From Yuukianura sp. NJ FZ-2021 (taxonomy: Eukaryota): a DNA stretch of 64,000 nt. The translations under genes and the position numbers were made by a program. The stretch covers positions 8,432,001-8,496,000 of the forward strand of contig CM102286.1 of assembly GCA_046563655.1 (NCBI GenBank). Reading direction: 5' to 3'. The notes under the pieces are model-generated. The model had not been told where the DNA came from. It saw nothing but the letters and a program-made list of their open reading frames with translations, and did not search any database. Position 1 is the first letter of the stretch. Each line of letters starts with the position of its first letter. Below are positions 50,701 to 64,000 of the stretch, piece by piece.

Positions 50701-53700
50701 AAATGAAAAAAATGGATTTTTCGGAGAAAAATTTAGCTTGGAACACTTCAGATGGGCTTTCACAAGCATAATTTCGGTTTGCAATTTTGACTCCTCAGAT
50801 AGCCCAGAATGACTTTTTGGTGAGTTTTAAATGAAAAGAATGGATTTTTTGGTGAAAAATTGAGTTTGGAACACTTCAGATGGGCTTTCAGAAGCATAAT
50901 TTCGGTTTGCAATTTTGACTCCTCAGATAGCCCAGAATGACTTTTTGGTGAGTTATAAATGAAAAAGAATGGATTTTTCGGAGAAAAATTTAGCTTGGAA
51001 CACTTCAGATTGGGCTTTCACAAGCATAATTTCGGTTTGCAATTTTGACTCCTCAGATAGCCCAGAATGACTTTTTGGTGAGTTTTAAATGAAAAAAAAT
51101 GGATTTTTCGGAGAAAAATTTAGCTTGGAACACTTCAGATGGGCTTTCACAAGCATAATTTCGGTTTGCAATTTTGACTCCTCAGATAGCCCAGAATGAC
51201 CTTTTGAAGAGTATTTAATGAAAAAAATGATTTTTTGGTGAAAAATTGAGTCTGGAACACTTCAGATGGGCTTTCACAAGCATAATTTCGGTTTGCAATT
51301 TTGACTCCTCAGATAGCCCAGAATGACTTTTTGGTGAGTTATAAATGAAAAAGAATGGATTTTTCGGAGAAAAATTTAGCTTGGAACACTTCAGATGGGC
51401 TTTCACAAGCATTAATTTCGGTTTGCAATTTTGACTCCTCAGATAGCCCAGAATGACTTTTTGGTGAGTTTTAAATGAAAAAAAAATGGATTTTTCGGAG
51501 AAAAATTGAGTTTGGAACACTTCAGATGGGCATAATTTCGGTTTGCAATTTTGACTCCTCAGATAGCCCAGAATGACCTTTTGAAGAGTATTTAATGAAA
51601 AAAATGATTTTTTGGTGAAAAATTGAGTCTGGAACACTTCAGATGGGCTTTCACAAGCATAATTTCGGTTTGCAATTTTGACTCAGATAGCCCAGAATGA
51701 CTTTTTGGTGAGTTTTAAATGAAAAAAATGGATTTTTCGGAGAAAAAGTGAGTCTGGAACACTTCAGAGGGGCTTTCAGAAGCATAATTTCGGTTTGCAA
51801 TTTTGACTCCTCAGATAGCCCAGAATGACTTTTCGGTGAGTTATAAATGAAAAAGAATGGATTTTTCGGAGAAAAATTTAGCTTGGAACACTTCAGATGG
51901 CTTTCACAAGCATAATTTCGGTTTGCAATTTTGACTCCTCAGATAGCCCAGAATGACTTTTTGGTGAGTTATAAATGAAAAAGAATGGATTTTTCGGAGA
52001 AAAATTTAGCTTGGAACACTTCAGATTGGCTTTCACAAGCATAATTTCGGTTTGCAATTTTGACTCCTCAGATAGCCCAGAATGACTTTTTGGTGAGTTT
52101 TAAATGAAAAAAATGGATTTTTCGAAGAAAAATTGAGCTTGGAACACTTCAGATGGGCTTTCACAAGCATAATTTCGGTTTGCAATTTTGACTCCTCAGA
52201 TAGCCCAGAATGACTTTTTGGTGAGTTATAAATGAAAAAGAATGGATTTTTCGGAGAAAAATTTAGCTTGGAACACTTCAGATTGGGCTTTCACAAGCAT
52301 AATTTCGGTTTGCAATTTTGACTCCTCAGATAGCCCAGAATGACTTTTTGGTGAGTTATAAATGAAAAAGAATGGATTTTTCGGAGAAAAATTTAGCTTG
52401 GAACACTTCAGATGGGCTTTCAGAAGCATAATTTCGGTTTGCAATTTTGACTCCTCAGATAGCCCAGAATGACTTTTTGGTGAGTTATAAATGAAAAAGA
52501 ATGGATTTTTCGGAGAAAAATTGAGTTTGGAACACTTCAGATGGGCTTTCAGAAGCATAATTTCGGTTTGCAATTTTGACTCCTCAGATAGCCCAGAATG
52601 ACTTTTTGGTGAGTTATAAATGAAAAAGAATGGATTTTTCGGAGAAAAATTTAGCTTGGAACACTTCAGATGGGCTTTCACAAGCATAATTTCGGTTTGC
52701 AATTTTGACTCCTCAGATAGCCCAGAATGACTTTTTGGTGAGTTTTAAATGAAAAAAAAATGGATTTTTCAGAGAAAAATTTAGCTTGGAACACTTCAGA
52801 TTGGCTTTCACAAGCATAATTTTGGTTTGCAATTTTGACTCCTCAGATAGCCCAGAATGACTTTTTGGTGAGTTTTAAATGAAAAAAATGGATTTTTCGA
52901 AGAAAAATTGAGCTTGGAACACTTCAGATGGGCTTTCAGAAGCATAACTTCGGTTTGCAATTTTGACTCCTCAGATAGCCCAGAATGACTTTTTGGTGAT
53001 TTATAAATGAAAAAGAATGGATTTTTCGGAGAAAAATTTAGCTTGGAACACTTCAGATTGGCTTTCACAAGCATAATTTCGGTTTGCAATTTTGACTCCT
53101 CAGATAGCCCAGAATGACTTTTTGGTGAGTTTTAAATGAAAAAAATGGATTTTTCGGAGAAAAAGTGAGTTTGGAACACTTCAGATGGGCTTTCAGAAGC
53201 ATAATTTCGGTTTGCAATTTTGACTCCTCAGATAGCCCAGAATGACCTTTTGAAGAGTATTTAATGAAAAAAATGATTTTTTTGGTGAAAAATTGAGTCT
53301 GGAACACTTCAGATGGGCTTTCACAAGCATAATTTCGGTTTGCAATTTTGACTCCTCAGATAGCCCAGAATGACTTTTTGGTGAGTTTTAAATGAAAAAA
53401 ATGGATTTTTCGGAGAAAAAGTGAGTTTGGAACACTTCAGATGGGCTTTCAGAAGCATAATTTCGGTTTGCAATTTTGACTCCTCAGATAGCCCAGAATG
53501 ACTTTTGGTGAGTTATAAATGAAAAAGAATGGATTTTTCGGAGAAAAATTTAGCTTGGAACACTTCAGATTGGCTTTCACAAGCATTATTTCGGTTTGCA
53601 ATTTTGACTCCTCAGATAGCCCAGAATGACTTTTTGGTGAGTTATAAATGAAAAAGAATGGATTTTTCGGAGAAAAATTTAGCTTGGAACACTTCAGATG

Positions 53701-56700
53701 GGCTTTCACAAGCATAATTTCGGTTTGCAATTTTGACTCCTCAGATAGCCCAGAATGACTTTTTGGTGAGTTTTAAATGAAAAAAATGGATTTTTCGGAG
53801 AAAAATTGAGCTTGGAACACTTCAGATGGGCTTTCACAAGCATAATTTCGGTTTGCAATTTTGACTCCTCAGATAGCCCAGAATGACTTTTTGGTGAGTT
53901 ATAAATGAAAAAGAATGGATTTTTCGGAGAAAAATTTAGCTTGGAACACTTCAGATTGGGCTTTCACAAGCATAATTTCGGTTTGCAATTTTGACTCCTC
54001 AGATAGCCCAGAATGACTTTTTGGTGAGTTATAAATGAAAAAGAATGGATTTTTCGGAGAAAAATTTAGCTTGGAACACTTCAGATGGGCTTTCAGAAGC
54101 ATAATTTCGGTTTGCAATTTTGACTCCTCAGATAGCCCAGAATGACTTTTTGGTGAGTTATAAATGAAAAAGAATGGATTTTTCGGAGAAAAAGTGAGTT
54201 TGGAACACTTCAGATGGGCTTTCAGAAGCATAATTTCGGTTTGCAATTTTGACTCCTCAGATAGCCCAGAATGACTTTTTGGTGAGTTATAAATGAAAAA
54301 GAATGGATTTTTCGGAGAAAAATTTAGCTTGGAACACTTCAGATGGGCTTTCACAAGCATAATTTCGGTTTGCAATTTTGACTCCTCAGATAGCCCAGAA
54401 TGACTTTTTGGTGAGTTTTAAATGAAAAAAATGGATTTTTCGGAGAAAAAGTGAGTTTGGAACACTTCAGATGGGCTTTCAGAAGCATAATTTCGGTTTG
54501 CAATTTTGACTCCTCAGATAGCCCAGAATGACCTTTTGAAGAGTATTTAATGAAAAAAATGGATTTTTTGGTGAAAAATTGAGTCTGGAACACTTCAGAT
54601 GGGCTTTCACAAGCATAATTTCGGTTTGCAATTTTGACTCAGATAGCCCAGAATGACTTTTTGGTGAGTTTTAAATGAAAAAAATGGATTTTTCGGAGAA
54701 AAAGTGAGTTTGGAACACTTCAGATGGGCTTTCAGAAGCATAATTTCGGTTTGCAATTTTGACTCCTCAGATAGCCCAGAATGACTTTTTGGTGAGTTAT
54801 AAATGAAAAAGAATGGATTTTTCGGAGAAAAATTTAGCTTGGAACACTTCAGATTGGCTTTCACAAGCATAATTTCGGTTTGCAATTTTGACTCCTCAGA
54901 TAGCCCAGAATGACTTTTTGGTGAGTTATAAATGAAAAAGAATGGATTTTTCGGAGAAAAATTTAGCTTGGAACACTTCAGATGGGCTTTCACAAGCATA
55001 ATTTCGGTTTGCAATTTTGACTCCTCAGATAGCCCAGAATGACTTTTTTGTGAGTTTTAAATGAAAAAAATGGATTTTTCGGAGAAAAATTGAGCTTGGA
55101 ACACTTCAGATGGGCTTTCACAAGCATAATTTCGGTTTGCAATTTTGACTCCTCAGATAGCCCAGAATGACTTTTTGGTGAGTTATAAATGAAAAAGAAT
55201 GGATTTTTCGGAGAAAAATTTAGCTTGGAACACTTCAGATTGGCTTTCACAAGCATTTTTTCGGTTTGCAATTTTGACTCCTCAGATAGCCCAGAATGAC
55301 TTTTTGGTGAGTTATAAATGAAAAAGAATGGATTTTTCGGAGAAAAATTTAGCTTGGAACACTTCAGATGGGCTTTCAGAAGCATAATTTCGGTTTGCAA
55401 TTTTGACTCCTCAGATAGCCCAGAATGACTTTTTGGTGAGTTATAAATGAAAAAGAATGGATTTTTCGGAGAAAAATTTAGCTTGGAACACTTCAGATTT
55501 TCTTTCACAAGCATAATTTCGGTTTGCAATTTTGACTCCTCAGATAGCCCAGAATGACTTTTTTGTGAGTTTTAAATGAAAAAAATGGATTTTTCGGAGA
55601 AAAATTGAGCTTGGAACACTTCAGATGGGCTTTCACAAGCATAATTTCGGTTTGCAATTTTGACTCCTCAGATAGCCCAGAATGACTTTTTGGTGAGTTT
55701 TAAATGAAAAGAATGGATTTTTTGGTGAAAAATTGAGTTTGGAACACTTCAGATGGGCTTTCAGAAGCATAATTTCGGTTTGCAATTTTGACTCCTCAGA
55801 TAGCCCAGAATGACCTTTTGAAGAGTATCTAATGAAAAAAATGATTTTTTGGTGAAAAATTGAGTCTGGAACACTTCAGATGGGCTTTCACAAGCATAAT
55901 TTCGGTTTGCAATTTTGACTCAGATAGCCCAGAATGACTTTTTGGTGAGTTTTAAATGAAAAAAATGGATTTTTCGGAGAAAAAGTGAGTTTGGAACACT
56001 TCAGATGGGCTTTCAGAAGCATAATTTCGGTTTGCAATTTTGACTCCTCAGATAGCCCAGAATGACTTTTTGGTGAGTTATAAATGAAAAAGAATGGATT
56101 TTTCGGAGAAAAATTTAGCTTGGAACACTTCAGATTGGCTTTCACAAGCATTATTTCGGTTTGCAATTTTGACTCCTCAGATAGCCCAGAATGACTTTTT
56201 GGTGAGTTATAAATGAAAAAGAATGGATTTTTCGGAGAAAAATTTAGCTTGGAACACTTCAGATTGGCTTTCACAAGCATAATTTTGGTTTGCAATTTTG
56301 ACTCCTCAGATAGCCCAGAATGACTTTTTGGTGAGTTTTAAATGAAAAAAATGGATTTTTCGGAGAAAAATTGAGCTTGGAACACTTCAGATGGGCTTTC
56401 ACAAGCATAATTTCGGTTTGCAATTTTGACTCCTCAGATAGCCCAGAATGACTTTTTGGTGAGTTATAAATGAAAAAGAATGGATTTTTCGGAGAAAAAT
56501 TTAGCTTGGAACACTTCAGATTGGGCTTTCACAAGCATAATTTCGGTTTGCAATTTTGACTCCTCAGATAGCCCAGAATGACTTTTTGGTGAGTTATAAA
56601 TGAAAAAGAATGGATTTTTCGGAGAAAAATTTAGCTTGGAACACTTCAGATGGGCTTTCAGAAGCATAATTTCGGTTTGCAATTTTGACTCCTCAGATAG

Positions 56701-59700
56701 CCCAGAATGACTTTTTGGTGAGTTATAAATGAAAAAGAATGGATTTTTCGGAGAAAAAGTGAGTTTGGAACACTTCAGATGGGCTTTCAGAAGCATAATT
56801 TCGGTTTGCAATTTTGACTCCTCAGATAGCCCAGAATGACTTTTTGGTGAGTTATAAATGAAAAAGAATGGATTTTTCGGAGAAAAATTTAGCTTGGAAC
56901 ACTTCAGATTGGCTTTCACAAGCATTATTTCGGTTTGCAATTTTGACTCCTCAGATAGCCCAGAATGACTTTTTGGTGAGTTTTAAATGAAAAAAATGGA
57001 TTTTTCGGAGAAAAAGTGAGTTTGGAACACTTCAGATGGGCCTTCAGAAGCATAATTTCGGTTTGCAATTTTGACTCTTCAGATAGCCCAGAATGACCTT
57101 TTGAAGAGTATCTAATGAAAAAAATGATTTTTTGGTGAAAAATTGAGTCTGGAACACTTCAGATGGGCTTTCACAAGCATAATTTCGGTTTGCAATTTTG
57201 ACTCAGATAGCCCAGAATGACTTTTTGGTGAGTTTTAAATGAAAAAAATGGATTTTTCGGAGAAAAAGTGAGTTTGGAACACTTCAGATGGGCTTTCAGA
57301 AGCATAATTTCGGTTTGCAATTTTGACTCCTCAGATAGCCCAGAATGACTTTTTGGTGAGTTATAAATGAAAAAGAATGGATTTTTCGGAGAAAAATTTA
57401 GCTTGGAACACTTCAGATGGCTTTCACAAGCATAATTTCGGTTTGCAATTTTGACTCCTCAGATAGCCCAGAATGACTTTTTGGTGAGTTATAAATGAAA
57501 AAGAATGGATTTTTCGGAGAAAAATTTAGCTTGGAACACTTCAGATGGGCTTTCAGAAGCATAATTTCGGTTTGCAATTTTGACTCCTCAGATAGCCCAG
57601 AATGACTTTTTGGTGAGTTTTAAATGAAAAAAATGGATTTTTCGGAGAAAAATTGAGTTTGGAACACTTCAGATGGGCTTTCACAAGCATAATTTCGGTT
57701 TGCAATTTTGACTCCTCAGATAGCCCAGAATGACTTTTTGGTGAGTTATAAATGAAAAAGAATGGATTTTTCGGAGAAAAATTTAGCTTGGAACACTTCA
57801 GATGGGCTTTCAGAAGCATAATTTCGGTTTGCAATTTTGACTCCTCAGATAGCCCAGAATGACTTTTTGGTGAGTTATAAATGAAAAAGAATGGATTTTT
57901 CGGAGAAAAATTTAGTTTGGAACACTTCAGATGGGCTTTCAGAAGCATAATTTCGGTTTGCAATTTTGACTCCTCAGATAGCCCAGAATGACCTTTTGAA
58001 GAGTATTTAATGAAAAAAATGATTTTTTGGTGAAAAATTGAGTCTGGAACACTTCAGATGGGCTTTCACAAGCATAATTTCGGTTTGCAATTTTGACTCC
58101 TCAGATAGCCCAGAATGACTTTTTGGTGAGTTATAAATGAAAAAGAATGGATTTTTCGGAGAAAAATTTAGCTTGGAACACTTCAGATGGGCTTTCAGAA
58201 GCATAATTTCGGTTTGCAATTTTGACTCCTCAGATAGCCCAGAATGACTTTTTGGTGAGTTATAAATGAAAAAGAATGGATTTTTCGGAGAAAAATTGAG
58301 TTTGGAACACTTCAGATGGGCTTTCAGAAGCATAATTTCGGTTTGCAATTTTGACTCCTCAGATAGCCCAGAATGACCTTTTGAAGAGTATTTAATGAAA
58401 AAAATGATTTTTTGGTGAAAAATTGAGTCTGGAACACTTCAGATGGGCTTTCACAAGCATAATTTCGGTTTGCAATTTTGACTCCTCAGATAGCCCAGAA
58501 TGACTTTTTGGTGAGTTATAAATGAAAAAGAATGGATTTTTCGGAGAAAAATTTAGCTTGGAACACTTCAGATTGGCTTTCACAAGCATAATTTCGGTTT
58601 GCAATTTTGACTCCTCAGATAGCCCAGAATGACTTTTTGGTGAGTTATAAATGAAAAAGAATGGATTTTTCGGAGAAAAATTTAGCTTGGAACACTTCAG
58701 ATGGGCTTTCAGAAGCATAATTTCGGTTTGCAATTTTGACTCCTCAGATAGCCCAGAATGACTTTTTGGTGAGTTTTAAATGAAAAAAATGGATTTTTCG
58801 GAGAAAAAGTGAGTTTGGAACACTTCAGATGGGCTTTCACAAGCATAATTTCGGTTTGCAATTTTGACTCCTCAGATAGCCCAGAATGACTTTTTGGTGA
58901 GTTATAAATGAAAAAGAATGGATTTTTCGGAGAAAAATTTAGCTTGGAACACTTCAGATGGGCTTTCAGAAGCATAATTTCGGTTTGCAATTTTGACTCC
59001 TCAGATAGCCCAGAATGACTTTTTGGTGAGTTATAAATGAAAAAGAATGGATTTTTCGGAGAAAAAGTGAGTTTGGAACACTTCAGATGGGCTTTCAGAA
59101 GCATAATTTCGGTTTGCAATTTTGACTCCTCAGATAGCCCAGAATGACCTTTTGAAGAGTATTTAATGAAAAAAATGATTTTTTGGTGAAAAATTGAGTC
59201 TGGAACACTTCAGATGGGCTTTCACAAGCATAATTTCGGTTTGCAATTTTGACTCCTCAGATAGCCCAGAATGACTTTTTGGTGAGTTATAAATGAAAAA
59301 GAATGGATTTTTCGGAGAAAAATTTAGCTTGGAACACTTCAGATTGGCTTTCACAAGCATAATTTCGGTTTGCAATTTTGACTCCTCAGATAGCCCAGAA
59401 TGACTTTTTGGTGAGTTATAAATGAAAAAGAATGGATTTTTCGGAGAAAAATTTAGCTTGGAACACTTCAGATGGGCTTTCAGAAGCATAATTTCGGTTT
59501 GCAATTTTGACTCCTCAGATAGCCCAGAATGACTTTTTGGTGAGTTATAAATGAAAAAGAATGGATTTTTCGGAGAAAAAGTGAGTTTGGAACACTTCAG
59601 ATGGGCTTTCAGAAGCATAATTTCGGTTTGCAATTTTGACTCCTCAGATAGCCCAGAATGACCTTTTGAAGAGTATTTAATGAAAAAAATGATTTTTTGG

Positions 59701-62700
59701 TGAAAAATTGAGTCTGGAACACTTCAGATGGGCTTTCAGAAGCATAATTTCGGTTTGCAATTTTGACTCCTCAGATAGCCCAGAATGACCTTTTGAAGAG
59801 TATTTAATGAAAAAAATGATTTTTTGGTGAAAAATTGAGTCTGGAACACTTCAGATGGGCTTTCACAAGCATAATTTCGGTTTGCAATTTTGACTCCTCA
59901 GATAGCCCAGAATGACTTTTTGGTGAGTTATAAATGAAAAAGAATGGATTTTTCGGAGAAAAATTTAGCTTGGAACACTTCAGATTGGGCTTTCACAAGC
60001 ATAATTTCGGTTTGCAATTTTGACTCCTCAGATAGCCCAGAATGACTTTTTGGTGAGTTATAAATGAAAAAGAATGGATTTTTCGGAGAAAAATTTAGCT
60101 TGGAACACTTCAGATGGGCTTTCAGAAGCATAATTTCGGTTTGCAATTTTGACTCCTCAGATAGCCCAGAATGACTTTTTGGTGAGTTATAAATGAAAAA
60201 GAATGGATTTTTCGGAGAAAAATTTAGCTTGGAACACTTCAGATGGGCTTTCAGAAGCATAATTTCGGTTTGCAATTTTGACTCCTCAGATAGCCCAGAA
60301 TGACTTTTTGGTGAGTTATAAATGAAAAAGAATGGATTTTTCGGAGAAAAAGTGAGTTTGGAACACTTCAGATGGGCTTTCAGAAGCATAATTTCGGTTT
60401 GCAATTTTGACTCCTCAGATAGCCCAGAATGACCTTTTGAAGAGTATTTAATGAAAAAAATGATTTTTTGGTGAAAAATTGAGTCTGGAACACTTCAGAT
60501 GGGCTTTCACAAGCATAATTTCGGTTTGCAATTTTGACTCCTCAGATAGCCCAGAATGACTTTTTGGTGAGTTATAAATGAAAAAGAATGGATTTTTCGG
60601 GGAAAAATTTAGCTTGGAACACTTCAGATGGGCTTTCAGAAGCATAATTTCGGTTTGCAATTTTGACTCCTCAGATAGCCCAGAATGACTTTTTGGTGAG
60701 TTATAAATGAAAAAGAATGGATTTTTCGGAGAAAAATTTAGCTTGGAACACTTCAGATGGGCTTTCAGAAGCATAATTTCGGTTTGCAATTTTGACTCCT
60801 CAGATAGCCCAGAATGACTTTTTGGTGAGTTTTAAATGAAAAAAATGGATTTTTCGGAGAAAAATTGAGCTTGGAACACTTCAGATGGGCTTTCACAAGC
60901 ATAATTTCGGTTTGCAATTTTGACTCCTCAGATAGCCCAGAATGACTTTTTGGTGAGTTTTAAATGAAAAAAATGGATTTTTCGGAGAAAAATTGAGCTT
61001 GGAACACTTCAGATGGGCTTTCACAAGCATAATTTCGGTTTGCAATTTTGACTCCTCAGATAGCCCAGAATGACTTTTTGGTGAGTTATAAATGAAAAAG
61101 AATGGATTTTTCGGAGAAAAATTTAGCTTGGAACACTTCAGATGGGCTTTCAGAAGCATAATTTCGGTTTGCAATTTTGACTCCTCAGATAGCCCAGAAT
61201 GACTTTTTGGTGAGTTATAAATGAAAAAGAATGGATTTTTCGGAGAAAAATTTAGCTTGGAACACTTCAGATTGGGCTTTCACAAGCATTAATTTCGGTT
61301 TGCAATTTTGACTCCTCAGATAGCCCAGAATGACTTTTTGGTGAGTTATAAATGAAAAAGAATGGATTTTTCGGAGAAAAATTTAGCTTGGAACACTTCA
61401 GATGGGCTTTCAGAAGCATAATTTCGGTTTGCAATTTTGACTCCTCAGATAGCCCAGAATGACTTTTTGGTGAGTTATAAATGAAAAAGAATGGATTTTT
61501 CGGAGAAAAATTTAGCTTGGAACACTTCAGATTGGCTTTCACAAGCATTTTTTCGGTTTGCAATTTTGACTCCTCAGATAGCCCAGAATGACTTTTTGGT
61601 GAGTTATAAATGAAAAAGAATGGATTTTTCGGAGAAAAATTTAGCTTGGAACACTTCAGATGGGCTTTCAGAAGCATAATTTCGGTTTGCAATTTTGACT
61701 CCTCAGATAGCCCAGAATGACTTTTTGGTGAGTTATAAATGAAAAAGAATGGATTTTTCGGAGAAAAAGTGAGTTTGGAACACTTCAGATGGGCTTTCAG
61801 AAGCATAATTTCGGTTTGCAATTTTGACTCCTCAGATAGCCCAGAATGACCTTTTGGAGAGTATTTAATGAAAAAAATGATTTTTTGGTGAAAAATTGAG
61901 TCTGGAACACTTCAGATGGGCTTTCACAAGCATAATTTCGGTTTGCAATTTTGACTCCTCAGATAGCCCAGAATGACTTTTTGGTGAGTTATAAATGAAA
62001 AAGAATGGATTTTTCGGAGAAAAATTTAGCTTGGAACACTTCAGATGGGCTTTCAGAAGCATAATTTCGGTTTGCAATTTTGACTCCTCAGATAGCCCAG
62101 AATGACTTTTTGGTGAGTTATAAATGAAAAAGAATGGATTTTTCGGAGAAAAATTTAGCTTGGAACACTTCAGATGGGCTTTCAGAAGCATAATTTCGGT
62201 TTGCAATTTTGACTCCTCAGATAGCCCAGAATGACTTTTTGGTGAGTTATAAATGAAAAAGAATGGATTTTTCGGAGAAAAATTTAGCTTGGAACACTTC
62301 AGATGGGCTTTCAGAAGCATAATTTCGGTTTGCAATTTTGACTCCTCAGATAGCCCAGAATGACTTTTTGGTGAGTTTTAAATGAAAAAAATGGATTTTT
62401 CGGAGAAAAATTGAGCTTGGAACACTTCAGATGGGCTTTCACAAGCATAATTTCGGTTTGCAATTTTGACTCCTCAGATAGCCCAGAATGACTTTTTGGT
62501 GAGTTTTAAATGAAAAAAATGGATTTTTCGGAGAAAAATTGAGCTTGGAACACTTCAGATGGGCTTTCACAAGCATAATTTCGGTTTGCAATTTTGACTC
62601 CTCAGATAGCCCAGAATGACTTTTTGGTGAGTTATAAATGAAAAAGAATGGATTTTTCGGAGAAAAATTTAGCTTGGAACAGTTCAGATTGGCTTTCACA

Positions 62701-64000
62701 AGCATTATTTCGGTTTGCAATTTTGACTCCTCAGATAGCCCAGAATGACTTTTTGGTGAGTTATAAATGAAAAAGAATGGATTTTTCGGAGAAAAATTTA
62801 GCTTGGAACACTTCAAATGGGCTTTCAGAAGCATAATTTCGGTTTGCAATTTTGACTCCTCAGATAGCCCAGAATGACTTTTTGGTGAGTTATAAATGAA
62901 AAAGAATGGATTTTTCGGAGAAAAAGTGAGTTTGGAACACTTCAGATGGGCTTTCAGAAGCATAATTTCGGTTTGCAATTTTGACTCCTCAGATAGCCCA
63001 GAATGACCTTTTGAAGAGTATTTAATGAAAAAAATGGATTTTTTGGTGAAAAATTGAGTCTGGAACACTTCAGATGGGCTTTCACAAGCATAATTTCGGT
63101 TTGCAATTTTGACTCCTCAGATAGCCCAGAATGACTTTTTGGTGAGTTATAAATGAAAAAGAATGGATTTTTCGGAGAAAAATTTAGCTTGGAACACTTC
63201 AGATGGGCTTTCAGAAGCATAATTTCGGTTTGCAATTTTGACTCCTCAGATAGCCCAGAATGACCTTTTGGTGAGTTTTAAATGAAAAAAAATGGATTTT
63301 TCGGAGAAAAAGTGAGTTTGGAACACTTCAGATGGGCTTTCACAAGCATAATTTCGGTTTGCAATTTTGACTCCTCAGATAGCCCAGAATGACTTTTTGG
63401 TGAGTTATAAATGAAAAAGAATGGATTTTTCGGAGAAAAATTTAGCTTGGAACACTTCAGATGGGCTTTCAGAAGCATAATTTCGGTTTGCAATTTTGAC
63501 TCCTCAGATAGCCCAGAATGACTTTTTGGTGAGTTATAAATGAAAAAGAATGGATTTTTCGGAGAAAAAGTGAGTTTGGAACACTTCAGATGGGCTTTCA
63601 GAAGCATAATTTCGGTTTGCAATTTTGACTCCTCAGATAGCCCAGAATGACCTTTTGAAGAGTATTTAATGAAAAAAATGGTTTTTTTGGTGAAAAATTG
63701 AGTCTGGAACACTTCAGATGGGCTTTCACAAGCATAATTTCGGTTTGCAATTTTGACTCCTCAGATAGCCCAGAATGACTTTTTGGTGAGTTATAAATGA
63801 AAAAGAATGGATTTTTCGGAGAAAAATTTAGCTTGGAACACTTCAGATTGGGCTTTCACAAGCATAATTTCGGTTTGCAATTTTGACTCCTCAGATAGCC
63901 CAGAATGACTTTTTGGTGAGTTATAAATGAAAAAGAATGGATTTTTCGGAGAAAAATTTAGCTTGGAACACTTCAGATGGGCTTTCAGAAGCATAATTTC
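11702..64000. repeat. Tandem satellite DNA array, 128-129 bp monomer, ~52.3 kb, continues beyond the window; (peri)centromeric or heterochromatic location plausible but unproven
   Basis: Consensus: TGGATTTTTCGGAGAAAAATTGAGCTTGGAACACTTCAGATGGGCTTTCACAAGCATAATTTCGGTTTGCAATTTTGACTCCTCAGATAGCCCAGAATGACTTTTTGGTGAGTTTTAAATGAAAAAAA. It repeats head-to-tail in a single orientation, and I saw no foreign insertion. Confidence 0.99.

Noticed and set aside
11668..63994. Numerous minus-strand ORFs encoding a 43-aa repeat (QTEIMLVKAHLKCSKLNFSPKNPFFFIYNSPKSHSGLSEESKL), up to 265 aa
   Set aside because: The 129-bp variant is a multiple of 3 and lacks a stop in one frame. ORFs break wherever a 128-bp monomer or A-run change occurs, mostly start at TTG/GTG, and show no frame preservation.
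11702..64000. CRISPR-like reading of the array (conserved block alternating with variable block)
   Set aside because: The variable parts are alleles of the same sequence rather than unique spacers; no cas genes; eukaryotic context.

Overview
Eukaryotic, AT-rich, repeat-only window, probably from an invertebrate (short GTAAGT..AG introns; the species cannot be determined). I see no intact protein-coding gene, CRISPR array or prokaryotic system. About 82% of the window (11702-64000, running off the right edge) is one head-to-tail satellite array of a 128-129 bp monomer, roughly 405-410 copies by length division. It has several monomer variants, a left-to-right shift in variant usage and a local ~1.28 kb (10-monomer) higher-order repeat; all minus-strand ORFs there are repeat artefacts. 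The first 11.7 kb is a nest of transposon pieces. (i) A foldback/MITE-like element with GCTTACGAATT repeats is split at a TA by a 1.73 kb CCC...GGG (CACTA/EnSpm-like) element carrying a spliced DUF4806-like pseudogene that the ORF track misses. (ii) A 40-bp minisatellite is interrupted by a tRNA-derived SINE and by a probable second CCC-type end. (iii) Six Helentron/HINE (DINE-1-like) hairpin termini form a foldback, a near-perfect 2 kb tandem duplication with a templated junction, and nested copies next to a 460 bp palindrome. The last HINE terminus abuts the satellite exactly at an A/T run. All family assignments rest on visual motif recognition, not database searches.
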